In this document: positions 43,916 through 54,800 of the stretch, one piece after another
Layout: every line of letters begins with the position of its first letter
Numbering within the stretch: position 1 is the stretch's first letter
Assembly (NCBI GenBank): GCA_965240325.2
Contig: OZ251225.1
Span: forward strand, 3,162,001-3,226,000
Length of the DNA stretch: 64,000 nucleotides
DNA from: Rebecca billardiae RCC1528
Lineage: Eukaryota; Protista; Haptophyta
Reading direction: 5' to 3'
Program-made: the position numbers and the translations under genes
The notes under the pieces: model-generated
What the model saw: the letters and a program-made list of their open reading frames with translations, nothing else
Told to the model about the DNA's origin: nothing
The model's database searches: none

Positions 43916-46360
43916 CTACCGGGGCGACGATGGGTCTCCGTCGCGCACGCGCGCGCTCCACACAGCGAATCGGCCGTCACTCGAGTACACCGCGCGCACG
44001 TGAGTGTACGCGCGTGTCCCGTCGAGCAGCGCGCCGACTGGCACGTACTCCTGCGCGACGAGGTGCAGCTCGCCCCCGCGCGCGTGCGGGCCGCTGCCAC
44101 GCGCGCGGCGCAGCCAGGCGGGCGCCTGCGTGCACAGCCGCTCGAGCACGCCAAAGTCCTGCTCGACGCCGTTGCACGCGTGCACGGGCGGGTTCGACAC
44201 GATCCAGTCGAAGCTGCCCGCCGCGCGCGCAGGCAGCGCGCAGAAGCCGTCTGACACGAGGCACGTGTGCGCGCGCACGTTGCGCCGCGCGGCCGCGATG
44301 GCGAGCGCGTCCGCGTCGAGCAGCGTGAGCTCGACAGAGGCGGTGCGCGCGAGCAGCGCGCGCGCGAGCGCGCCCGAGCCGCAGCCAAAGTCCAGCACGC
44401 GCGCACGCGCGCGCGGCGCCGGGAGCGCGCGCAGCAGCAGCGCGCTCATCACGTCCAGCCCACCGCCGCTGAAGAGACCGGGCAGAACGGACCAGCGCGC
44501 CGGCGCGCCGAGCAGCGCCGCCGCGCCCGCCGCGCCGGCGGGCGTCGGCTCTGTGGTGCGCCAGGCGGCCGTGCGCGCGTGCGCAGGCTCGCGTGTGCGC
44601 CGCGCGCACAGCAGCGCACAGCCCGCGTCCGCGCGCACGACGCGCGCCCTCTCGAAGAGCAGCACGCGCGCGGCCTCGGCGGGACGACCGGCGGCTGCGC
44701 CAGCGCTGGCGGGCGCGTGGGCGCGTGGCGCGGGCGGCACGCCCTCCTGCAGGGCGCGCATGCCGTGCCCGAGCACGCCGTCGGCGACGGGCGCGTACAG
44801 CCACAGCGCCGCGCCCTCGCGCATCTGCGCCGCCGCGCCGTGCAGGGCGAGTGTGAGCGAGTCGGCCAGAGCAGGCATGCGCATCGCGCATGCATCAAAC
44901 GTGCCAGCGGCCGTGCGCGCGCGCGGCGGCCAGGCGCGGCCGCGCGTCTTGCCGCGGGCGAAGCGGCGCCAGCGGCGCGTGGCGCACGCATGCTCGTTCT
45001 TGAGCAGGCGCAGGGCCCGCGCATCGTCGAAGACGAGCACACTTGGCCGCGCGCCCGCCGTCTCGCTGCTGGCGCCGCAGCCGCCACCGCCGCCGCCGCC
45101 CGGTGGTAGCGCGGCCGGCAGCGGCGTGCGCTTGCGCTTGGCGCGCGAGTGCGCACCAAGCCCAGGCTGGCCGAGGTCCACGAGCAGCGCGGCAGCTTCG
45201 GCGGCGAAGAGCGCCGAGGCGGCGCGGCGCCGCGCGGGCGCGCCGTCGGGTGCCTCCCGGACGGCGCTCAGTGCCGCGCGCGCGCGCGCGTGCACCGTGC
45301 GCAGCGCGTCGCCGGCCGCGGCCGCGCGCGCGCTGCTACCACCAGAGCCGCCCCCGGCGCTCACGTCGGCGCCATCCGTACCGCTCGGCCGCGGCGAGCC
45401 GCTCGAGATGTCGACGCCGTGGTGCGAGGCGGAGCGAGCCATGAAGTCGACGTGCGCAGCCGCTTGCCAGTCCAAGCTGGCCGCCAGCTCGACCGCGCGC
45501 GCCGCCACCCGCGCTGCCGCTTGTGCCAGCTGGACGGCCGCTGCGGAGTCTGCGACCCGTGATGCGTCAGCGGCAGGCGTGGTGGCCTCCCGCCCGCTGC
45601 CGATCGAGGCGGCGGCCGGCTCCGCCCAGACCGGCGCGAGCCAGCCGAGCGCCCAAGCGAAGTCGCCCACACCATCTGCGCTCAGCTGGCCCACTAGCCT
45701 CGACGACGCTTCCGGCGCGCCAAGCACGCGCGCGGCGAGGCGGCAGGCGGAGGCCGCGTCGGCGGCCGCGCCATCCTTGTCCCTCCCCTCAGCACGCGCG
45801 CACAGCCAGCGCAGCGGTCGAGCGCGCGACTTGAAGAAGGTGGCGACGTCGAGGGCGTTGAGCTCCGAGGCGCGGCGCGCGACGGCCTCCGCGAGCACGC
45901 CCGCAAGCGGCGCGTCGTCCACGGCCGGGTCGGCCAGCGCCATCGCGTACGCGAGGTTGGAACACGCCTGCGCGTCCAGCTCGTGTCCGATGACGCGGAT
46001 GCGAGCACGCAGCGCGCAGAGGACGGCCTGCACCGTGGGTGAGCTGGACAGATCGAGGTGACGGCTGAGTTTACTCAGGCTCCAGTACATCTTGCTCACG
46101 TGCTTCGCCCCCATGCGCCCGACGAGCTGCTGCCTCTGGATGAGCGCGAGCAGCTCGTCGCACGCGCGCTCGGACGCATCGCCGGCGCGCCCGCCCGCCT
46201 CGGTGACGACGATCGCGTGGAGCCGGTGCAGGGCGTGGGCAGCATTGTACCCATTCAATGGGCATCCGGATCGCGCCGCCGCGAGCAGCGTCTGAGCGTC
46301 CCGCGCGGAGGTGAGCTCTTTGCTAGTACGCTCATTGCGCGTGGCCATGGGCGCCGCCAT
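43916..46360 (-). CDS. RsmC-like methyltransferase (MTS domain) fused to N-terminal OPR/RAP-like helical repeats
   Basis: LPGLFSGGGLD..SALLL, VLDFGCGSG, DWIVSNPPVH; N-terminal NAAHALHRL, HVSKMYWSLSKL, QACSNLAYAMA. Confidence 0.75.
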   Translation of the reverse strand: MAAPMATRNERTSKELTSARDAQTLLAAARSGCPLNGYNAAHALHRLHAIVVTEAGGRAGDASERACDELLALIQRQQLVGRMGAKHVSKMYWSLSKLSRHLDLSSSPTVQAVLCALRARIRVIGHELDAQACSNLAYAMALADPAVDDAPLAGVLAEAVARRASELNALDVATFFKSRARPLRWLCARAEGRDKDGAAADAASACRLAARVLGAPEASSRLVGQLSADGVGDFAWALGWLAPVWAEPAAASIGSGREATTPAADASRVADSAAAVQLAQAAARVAARAVELAASLDWQAAAHVDFMARSASHHGVDISSGSPRPSGTDGADVSAGGGSGGSSARAAAAGDALRTVHARARAALSAVREAPDGAPARRRAASALFAAEAAALLVDLGQPGLGAHSRAKRKRTPLPAALPPGGGGGGGCGASSETAGARPSVLVFDDARALRLLKNEHACATRRWRRFARGKTRGRAWPPRARTAAGTFDACAMRMPALADSLTLALHGAAAQMREGAALWLYAPVADGVLGHGMRALQEGVPPAPRAHAPASAGAAAGRPAEAARVLLFERARVVRADAGCALLCARRTREPAHARTAAWRTTEPTPAGAAGAAALLGAPARWSVLPGLFSGGGLDVMSALLLRALPAPRARARVLDFGCGSGALARALLARTASVELTLLDADALAIAAARRNVRAHTCLVSDGFCALPARAAGSFDWIVSNPPVHACNGVEQDFGVLERLCTQAPAWLRRARGSGPHARGGELHLVAQEYVPVGALLDGTRAYTHVRAVYSSDGRFAVWSARVRDGDPSSPR

Positions 46361-46390
46361 CGTTGGCGGCCGAACGAGCCGTTCGCCCGC

Positions 46391-47221
46391 ATGATGTCGG
46401 GCGGGCCGGGGCAGCCCGCCGCCGCTCGGGATGAACGCGTGCAAGACGGCGGCAGCACGTCGGAGCGGCCTTACGCCGCGGACGATGTGAGCGGGTGGTT
46501 GGCGAAGCTCGTCTACTCGGTCGTGTGGCCGGACACCGTGCGTCAGGACGTGGATGACGCCCTGCGAGGCGCGAACCTCTCCTCGGGCGTGCCGACCAGG
46601 CAAGCCGCTGCGCTCTTCTCGCAGAGCCAGTCGTGGGAGCAGACAATTCGCCTGGGCATGTGCCAGCCCATCTACGTGCTGAACGCGGCTAACTCACAGC
46701 TCAACAACCTCACCGTCACGACGGTGCTGCTCGCTGGCTTTGCCCTTTCCTTTGTCGTCGGCGTCCCCGAGTTCACAGACGAGCATGGGGAGGTCGTGCC
46801 AAAGGACGATCCGTGGTTCCAGGCGTATGGCGCGAGCATGGCCCTCAGCGGCCTCGCGTGCCTCATCTCGACCCTCGTAACGAGCACGGCGCTGGGCGTG
46901 ATGAACAACGTGCTCCCCACACGGTCGGCCATGATCTTCCTGTCCGGCTTTGTCTTCAAGACCGCTCGCGCCATCGCAGAGGTTTGCATCATCGCCAGCA
47001 TCGGCTTCCTGCTGGTCGGCCTCGCCGCTGCACTTCGGCTCAACTTCGGGCCGGCGGCCGGCGCGATCGCAGTCACCGCCTCGCTCGTCGCGTTCGGCCT
47101 GTTCCTCGTGTGCTTCGTCTCGTTCCAGATCTTCATGTTTGCGGCGGACCAGCTCGTTGCCGCAGACATCGCCACCGCGGCGGCCACCGAGACGCCGGTC
47201 GTTGCGGGGCTGGCCTACTGA
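46391..47221 (+). CDS. Four-TM Orai/PGG-like membrane protein
   Basis: TM1 TTVLLAGFALSFVVG resembles Orai TSALLSGFAMVAMVE; TM2 LACLISTL, TM3 ..LRLNF and TM4 have similar spacing. Confidence 0.55.
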   Translation: MMSGGPGQPAAARDERVQDGGSTSERPYAADDVSGWLAKLVYSVVWPDTVRQDVDDALRGANLSSGVPTRQAAALFSQSQSWEQTIRLGMCQPIYVLNAANSQLNNLTVTTVLLAGFALSFVVGVPEFTDEHGEVVPKDDPWFQAYGASMALSGLACLISTLVTSTALGVMNNVLPTRSAMIFLSGFVFKTARAIAEVCIIASIGFLLVGLAAALRLNFGPAAGAIAVTASLVAFGLFLVCFVSFQIFMFAADQLVAADIATAAATETPVVAGLAY

Positions 47222-47804
47222 CTTTTCGCGCCGGTAGGCTGTCGGCAAGCAGGCGCGTGGGGCGATGCCGTGCGCGGCCGGTACAGTATTGTATCTCTTG
47301 GACCACGTTGGCGTTGGGAGCCGTGCTGCCAGGCTGCGCGTTACGACAGTCGGTGTCTCGGATACGGGCCGGCACGGACGGCTGACCGGGGGTGCCCGTT
47401 GGCGGCTGCATTCGACGTATGGTAACCTGAGCGGTGCATAGTACTTCACTTCACGCAGGGCTGCTGGCGCTCGCATTGCCGTGAGCGCTATGAAACGTGA
47501 CGCGCTAAGGAACACCGCCTCCGATGAGAGACTGTGCGGTGTGCGGCGCTTCTTGGTCTTGGACTGATGACCTGATTTCTGAAAACAAAAGACAATCAAA
47601 ACCAGGCGCTCGCGACCGAGCGACCGAGCGACCGTTGGAGTGAAGTGACCACATACCTGGACGAGGTTGATGGAGTCTTCCTTCCCGCGATTCCGGAATG
47701 GCCGTTGGCGCGGAATCATACTTTTCAGCGGCCTTTCAGCGCCGGGACTGACGAAAACCCAGCGGGACCGGCGCGAGCGTGTTGCGAATCCGCGCGACGA
47801 CGTA

Positions 47805-49790
47805 ATGGGACGCACGTCGACCTCGGCGCCGCTCGCAGCAGCTTCCACGGGCAACCCGATCCTCGGCACGGCTCCCATCAAGCGCGCTCTCCTGCAGTAT
47901 GCCTTCGTCGCCCTCCTCGTCACGGCTGTGTGGCACAATGTGCTCCCCCACCTGTCCGTCAAGGCGCTCATTCCCGCGGTCGTGCTCGAGTCGCACGCGG
48001 CGCGCCTTGGCCTGCAGGCCATGATGGTCTCCTTCGCGCTGTGCCTTGCGCTGCTCCCTTTTCTGATGTGCCCTCGTCTGCCGCCCAAGCCCACCGAAGG
48101 CACGGCGTGGACCAACGACCCCGCCTTCCTCGCGCGCATCGGCGTGGTGATCCCCTGCCACAAATCGGCCGACGAGATCGGCGACGTGCTCAAGCAGGCG
48201 CTCAAGTACTTCAAGCCGGAGCACATCGTCGTCGCGGACAATGCAAATGCCCCTTTGCCCCCCGACAAGACGGCCGCCGTCGTCGCCGGCACGAACAAGC
48301 TCATCAAGTACCTGTACATCCCGCACGGCCACAAGACGCGCGCGCTCGTGCACGGCTCGCTCGAGCTGCCGGCGGAGTGCGAGTTTGTGCTGCACCTCGA
48401 CGACGACACGATGCTGTCGGACTCAATGGTCTTCGACGAGACCAAGTTCTCCGACGACCCGGCCGTCTCGGGTGTCACGTTTGGCATCCGCATGGCGGGT
48501 GACTCTCTCGTGAGCCGGTGCGTTCGCCGTGCGCAGCCCGCCGCGCGCACCCGCGCACACTCGTGTCTTACCCGCACCAAACTGCGTGCGTTCGCTACGC
48601 AGCTGCGTGGACTGGGAGTTCATCCTGTTCTCCATCTACCGCACCTTCATGGCCGAGCGCTCGACGGCGTTCTTCTGCCACGGCATCATCGGGCTGGTGA
48701 GCGCACCCATCGCGCAACGCGGCTGCCAGCTGCGCATCTCTGCCACGTCCCGCCTCTGCCGCCGCACGCAGCGCCGGACTCACCCTGCTGCCCATGCACC
48801 CGCCCGTCCCGACGTGCGCCCCGGTGCGACCTGCAGTGGCGGCGTGAGCGCTGGATGCGCATCCTCGAGACGCACGCCGCGATGCCGTACGGCGAGGACG
48901 CGTGGGTCGGGAGCGACGCCATCTCCAACGACGAGCGCATCGCCGCGGAGCTGCGCTGCTGGGTGCGCACGTACGCGCCATCGCGGCTGCTGCCCGTGAT
49001 CGGCTGCTGCGGCACGGGCGCGCGCGAGCAGGGCTACGGCGCCTCGTCCATCTGGAAGCAGCGTGCGCAGCGCTGGTACACGAACGCACCGCGCCGGCTG
49101 CTGCTCCGCCTCTCGCAGTTTGTGCACTACCAGGCGGGCGGACTGTCGCGCAACCTCTGGTTCCGCGCCTTCATGCTCTTCCACATGGTGCAGGTGGCAA
49201 ACAACGTGCTCGCGCCCGTCTACATCGCGCACACCGCGCTGGGCTCGCCCACGGCAGCGCTGCAGACGGTGCGCTACCTTGTGCTCGTCCTCGGCGCGTT
49301 CCGCTACTTCAAGTCGTGCGTCGTCGCCGCGTTCGTGTCGTGGCGCGACCCGGCGCTCCGCGCGAGCGCGCTCACGCTCGTCGCCTACCCGTTCTACTTG
49401 CTCTTCCTCGACGTGTGCTTCGTGTACGGTCATTGGTACTCGCTGCTGTACTACACGCCTTTCTTCCCGCTGCGCCGCCACGCGCCGCGTGAGTGGATCC
49501 GCGCGCACGCGGACGTGGCGGCTGGCGTGCACGCCTCCGCGCTCGAGGACGGCTCGTCTGCGCACAGCTCGTCGTCGCGCTCCAGCCTGTCCGAGCTCAG
49601 CTTCCACCCGCCCAACAAGCCGATGGGCAAGCTGCGCGCGCCGCGGCCGTCGGCTGAGGCGCCCACGCTCAGTGCACCGGCGCCTACGGACGCGACGCTC
49701 GAGCTCAAGGCCGCGCCCGCGAACGACAAGGAGAACAGCACGGCCTTCAAGGGCATCACCGTGGAGCGCACGCCCTCCGCGGCGGCTTGA
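47805..49790 (+). CDS. Processive GT2 glycosyltransferase (glycan synthase-like); introns 48518-48602 and 48697-48836
   Basis: VVIPCHKS, ADN, LDDDT, GED, KQRAQRW; TM helices at both ends. Splicing restores CVDWEFILFSIYR..FCHGIIGL|WRR. Confidence 0.85.
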   Translation: MGRTSTSAPLAAASTGNPILGTAPIKRALLQYAFVALLVTAVWHNVLPHLSVKALIPAVVLESHAARLGLQAMMVSFALCLALLPFLMCPRLPPKPTEGTAWTNDPAFLARIGVVIPCHKSADEIGDVLKQALKYFKPEHIVVADNANAPLPPDKTAAVVAGTNKLIKYLYIPHGHKTRALVHGSLELPAECEFVLHLDDDTMLSDSMVFDETKFSDDPAVSGVTFGIRMAGDSLVSRCVRRAQPAARTRAHSCLTRTKLRAFATQLRGLGVHPVLHLPHLHGRALDGVLLPRHHRAGERTHRATRLPAAHLCHVPPLPPHAAPDSPCCPCTRPSRRAPRCDLQWRRERWMRILETHAAMPYGEDAWVGSDAISNDERIAAELRCWVRTYAPSRLLPVIGCCGTGAREQGYGASSIWKQRAQRWYTNAPRRLLLRLSQFVHYQAGGLSRNLWFRAFMLFHMVQVANNVLAPVYIAHTALGSPTAALQTVRYLVLVLGAFRYFKSCVVAAFVSWRDPALRASALTLVAYPFYLLFLDVCFVYGHWYSLLYYTPFFPLRRHAPREWIRAHADVAAGVHASALEDGSSAHSSSSRSSLSELSFHPPNKPMGKLRAPRPSAEAPTLSAPAPTDATLELKAAPANDKENSTAFKGITVERTPSAAA

Positions 49791-50198
49791 ACGTCTGGGC
49801 CTGCTGCAGATGGACATCATCGCATCCGCGGCACAAGGCGAGCGCGCTTCAACTCCCGGCTTCGAACGACGCTGCTCTACCTGTACGAACGAGCTCATTG
49901 CCATGCGTGCTCTCGTGCCCGCCTCGTCCTGCTAGCTACTTCACAATTGGCATCATGGAGCAGCAGCAGCACCGCGAGACTCTGCGGAGTGATGCTGTTG
50001 GGTGTTGCGGCGTGCTCGGAGCTGCCCACGTGAAGAATGTGCGCAGCCGCCTGCCCCGCCGCCCTAACCATATGGGGTTATTGATGGTACATCAATGTAT
50101 TAAGTCTGGTATCTCGCCGCATGGCAGCTCCGCCCTGCCCGGCGGGTGTCTCGCCTCCTCGCTGCATCTGGATGGCGCAGGCGCTTCGAGGACGGCTA

Positions 50199-50264
50199 GA
50201 CACACACACACATGTAACACACTCACACACACACACACGTACTGACGATACATTATAGTAGACG

Positions 50265-50313
<49 letters not shown>

Positions 50314-50513
50314 ACGACATATATCGTCAGTAGCATACTTCTGAATCAAGCATGATGACACTTGTTGTGATTCTGGCGGCGACGATTCTTCACACGTGAC
50401 ATCACGTCGTCACGACTAGACCGATGAACGAACAACCGTTAATACAATACATGCTGACGACGGCGATAGTATATATGGAGAGAGAGAGAGACAATACATG
50501 CTGACGACGGCGA

Positions 50514-50592
<79 letters not shown>
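50199..50592. repeat. (CA)n/(TA)n/(GA)n microsatellites with a 28-bp duplication (50444-50471, 50491-50518)
   Basis: Directly visible. Confidence 0.9.
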
Positions 50593-50595
<3 letters not shown>

Positions 50596-50826
50596 AGAGT
50601 GAGAGTGAGAGAGAGCTAGAGAGACTTGTTAATGTAGTTATTATAAACTACTCGTCGTAGTCTCGGTCAAGTCCGGGCGTCCAATGATATTATAAGCTAC
50701 TGCGCTATAGTTCAGATTGTGCGCGCTGCAGTACAGATAGAATATGCATGCGACGACGATGGTTCGTCTGCCAACTACTACAATAGTGCTGCCGTGTAGT
50801 CGTACGCACAGCTAATAGCTACTGTA

Positions 50827-51738
50827 GGCCTGTTTTATTTCTACCAGATTCCATTTACTATGTCACGGCGACAAACCCGTGCTCGCCAGTGGGAATCGGT
50901 GTCACGCTCCGTTGGGTGTACCTCTCACGGCCGATGGCGGCCCCCACGTGCGCAAGGAATGCGATTCGTGCACTCCTCGGTGACCGGTGAGTGCACGAAT
51001 CCAGTTGCGGCGCTCGTCCGCCTCGTCGTTGTCGCACACGAGGTACACCCAACACCATGGGTCGGATCCCAGAACTCTCCGCGCGCTCGCGCCTGCGCGG
51101 CACTGGCAGGCTTGTTCTCATCATCTTGGCCAAGACTGCAGCCTGAAAGATGCGCGAGGACGCGTGTGCACGCCTTTCCGCGCGTCATGGGTGCGCGTGG
51201 CACGCACCTTGTAATATTATACGCCGAGGAGGCCTGAGCATCCGGCCTACTAACCTTCCGCGATCACGTTCAAATGCAGGCAGCAAGCTGCAAGCAAGCG
51301 CACGCCGAACGGAAGCATCTCAAGCTCGACAAGGTAGTGGCGGCGGAGCGTTTAGAGCTGGTGGCGATTGCAGTCCATCTGGCTGTGAACTGGTCGCTAA
51401 CTGACACGGGTGCGACGCAGCAGCCAAGGCAGAGTGCTTGCAGCTTGCAGAGGGCCTCCAGCTGCAGCGCCGGTTTGCCGCCGCTCGCCGCCGCTGCATC
51501 GTGCACACTGCCGTGCACCGCGAGTGACCCCTGTGTCAAGGCGAAGCACCACGGCAAGGCGAATCAGCATGTCTGACAACATCCTTCGCCACAGCGCAGC
51601 GCCTCAACACGAGAATGCGCGAATGACGTGCCATCACTTCTCCGGACTAGCTCCGGGGCCCGCACCAGCGGGCAAGCCGCCATTGTACCGCGTTTTGGCG
51701 AATGTCGCCTTTGGGCTCTCGTAGAAATAAAACAGGCC
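50827..51738. mobile_element. ~0.9-kb non-autonomous TIR element
   Basis: GGCCTGTTTTATTTCTAC ... GTAGAAATAAAACAGGCC is a perfect 18-bp TIR flanked by TGTA (or by CTGTAG if the ends are shifted 1 bp inward). Confidence 0.75.
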
Positions 51739-51877
51739 TGTAGTGCAGGGCCTCTAACTAAGCGGCGCGCGGCGCGATTCGCGAACGGAATAATCACGAT
51801 TATTTTATAATTAGCTAGCAGGAAGCGAGTAGCCGAGTAGCGCGTCATCGAAAGCCATTGGCATCATTGGCAAGCAG

Positions 51878-54800
51878 CTACAAGATGGAGCTGCGCAGCT
51901 CCTCGAGCTTCTTCACGATTTCGCTGGGCGAGCGGTCAAGCTCGTCGGAGATGGCGCGCTGCGCGTTTGTTGGCAGCGCGCTGAACTGCTCACACAGGTC
52001 GCCGTCCGTCACGTCCTGCGCGTGCCGCCCGGCGCGGGCGCGCGGGGTGCCAGCTCGCATCAGCAGCGGCCTCGCGCGCACGCCTCGCGCGTGCGCGCCG
52101 CCCTCGCGCTGCGTGCGCGCCGCCTCGCGCGCACCTTGACGGGGAAGAAGCTCGAGCGGAAGACCATGTGGTCGCGGCCGCACAGCGGCGGCGCCTCCTG
52201 CCGCAGGTGCATTTCGAGATGCTTGAGGAACTCGATGTCGTCCTTGGAGCGCACGGGCAGCAGCGCGCCCACGCCGCCCATGTTGGTCGCGTACACCACC
52301 ACCTCGTGCGCCGAGGGCGAGAGCCGCTCCTTGTGCAGCGAGATCACAATCTCGCCCACGTGGAACTGCACGACCTCCTCCGCCTGCGGCGCGAGAGGCG
52401 CGCGCGCGGGTGGGCACGGGCGAGGGGGCGTTTGGCCGCGTGGCGAGCGTTGCCGCCGTGCCGGGCGCACGGGTACGAAGTGCGCACGGCACCGCGCGTG
52501 CGCGGCGCAGCGAGGCGAACGTGCGGTGCGGTGCGGTGCGGTGCGGTGCTGTACGGGAAGACGAGTGCACACTGCCAAACGGGCGGCGCGAGGCCGGCCG
52601 CCGGGACAACACATCCCGCTGAAGGCGCTACTTTTGCACATGTAGTGACAGCGTCGAATCGACGCCGGCCACAGAGGGGCCGACGGATCGCGCGGAGTGT
52701 GCGTCGCTCGCGGCAGGGCGCGCGCGCGGCGCCCATCCCGCCCATCTACCGCGGCGCGTCGCGCGCGTCGCGCGCGCACCTTGTTGGCCGCGCCGCCGAG
52801 GAAACCGTCGGAGGCGGCGCCGACGTCGTCGCCTTCGCCGTCGGCCTCGGGCGGCAGCCGGCTCACAAAGATGTTGCCAAACTTGTCGGCGCCCGCGAGC
52901 GTCCTCGCGTCCAGCTGGCAGCTCGCCGTGAGCCAGCGCGGCGCGCTCGTGTCGGCGAAGACGGCCAGCGAGTTGTCGCGCTGCCGGTACCGCACCCAGT
53001 GGAAGGACTCTGCGAGGTCGCCGACGACGAGCAGCTCGGGCGAGACGACGTGGATGGCCTGCACCATCACGGGCAGCGCGCGCAGCTCGCACCGCCTCAG
53101 CAGCTTCTTCTTCCCCAGCTCGTACAGGCGCAGCACCTTGCCCACGCCCGCGAGCAGCCGCCCGCCGAACGAGGCGAGCGCGTACGGCACGTCCTCGAGC
53201 GCGGTCTCGTGCAGCAGCTCGAGCCGCCGCCCGTTCTCGAGCAGCCGGTACACTCGGAGGAAGGCGGCGCCGAGCGCGCGCGGGTGGAGCTGCAGGTCGC
53301 GCACCGAGCCGACGACCACGGCGTACTCGCCGCCGAGCTCGCGGAACGGCAGCGCGCACACGCTGAACGCCGCCTCGTTGTCGGGCAGCTCGAGGACGCA
53401 CAGCGTCTGCCGCGCGGCAGCGTTCACCACGCGCACGCAGCTCGCCCACCTGCCGCTCGGCGCGCGCGGCACGCCGACAGTGGCCTCCATCAGCGGCGCG
53501 GCGTCGTCCTCGCCCGCGTCGTCCTCGGGCAGCTCCGCGTCCGCCGGCAGCAGCGCGCTGCCGTCCACCTGCGCCTGCCGGTACACCTCCGCCTTGAGGC
53601 CCTCGCCGTACGCGTGGTGGTCGCTCTCCGCGAGCACCAGCAGCCCGGACGGAGGGTGCAGCGCCATGCGCCGGGGTGTGTACCGCGTGGGAACGACGGC
53701 GGAGTTGAAGGTCTCGCCCAGCCGCTCGGCCGCGATGATGCGCAGCGTGTTCCCCGCCACCGCGACGATCCCCTCGGGGCACTGCTCCGAGCTGAACGCG
53801 CTCGCGTGCTCGAGCGCATCGTACGAGAGCGGCGTGAACAGATAACGGCCGTGGTGCGCGTAAGCCGCCCACGCGCGCGACGAGAGCGCGAGCAGCGCGC
53901 GGCGCTCGCCGATGACCACCTTGGCCATGCGCACGGCGCGCTTGCCGCAGAACACGCTCGTCGTGTCCGCGTGCAGCTCGCCCGACCCCCCGTCGAGCGA
54001 GCAGCGCATGAAGACGCCGTTGCTCAGCCCGATCGCGAGCATGTGCCCCGAGCCGCCCAGCCCGGCCGAGTGCGCGTCGAGGAGCGCGCATGACTCAATG
54101 GGCGAGGGCAGGCCCTGCGCGCGCGGAGGCGAGGCGGTGAGCGCGCGGGCGCGGCGCGCGCGCGGGGAGGGGAGCGCGCGCGTGAGCCCGCCGCGCGCGC
54201 GCGCGCCCGCCCGCCCGCGCGAGCCTCGGCGGCGGCGCGCCCGCCGGCCGGCCCGCGAGCGCCAGTTGGGTCGGACTCTGCTAGAACGTCGGGTGCACCC
54301 AGCGCGGCCGGCTGGCGGCGCGCGTCGTCCCGGATGGTGTGGGTCGTCATCCCCGCGGCGCGCGGCGGTGCGTGTCGCGCGCACCTTGATCGCGATGACC
54401 TGCATGCAGTCGTCCGGGTCGAGCGAGAGGATGCGCACGTAGTTGTCCCACGAGCCGACACACAGGAAGCGGCAGCGCTGCCGGCCGGAGGGCACCGCGC
54501 CGATGTCGAGGCAGGCAATCTCCTGGCCGAGGTCCTTCTTGCTCGTCTCGACGATGTTGTTGAGCGCGTCGAGCTCGAAGTAGATGAGCTCGCCGCCCGA
54601 GAGCGCCACCACCATCTGCCGCGCGTTCGCCGCCGCCTTGGTGATCGGCCGCTTGTTGGGCGTGCGAGTCTCTGCAGGAGGCCGCCCTGTGCGGATGTGC
54701 CGCACTCCGCCCGGGTGGATCTGGCACAGCGAGTCGTCGGCGAGCAGCTGGACGGCGAGCGTGGGCGCCGTGCCGAGGAGGCCCGAGTCGGTCACCTCCT

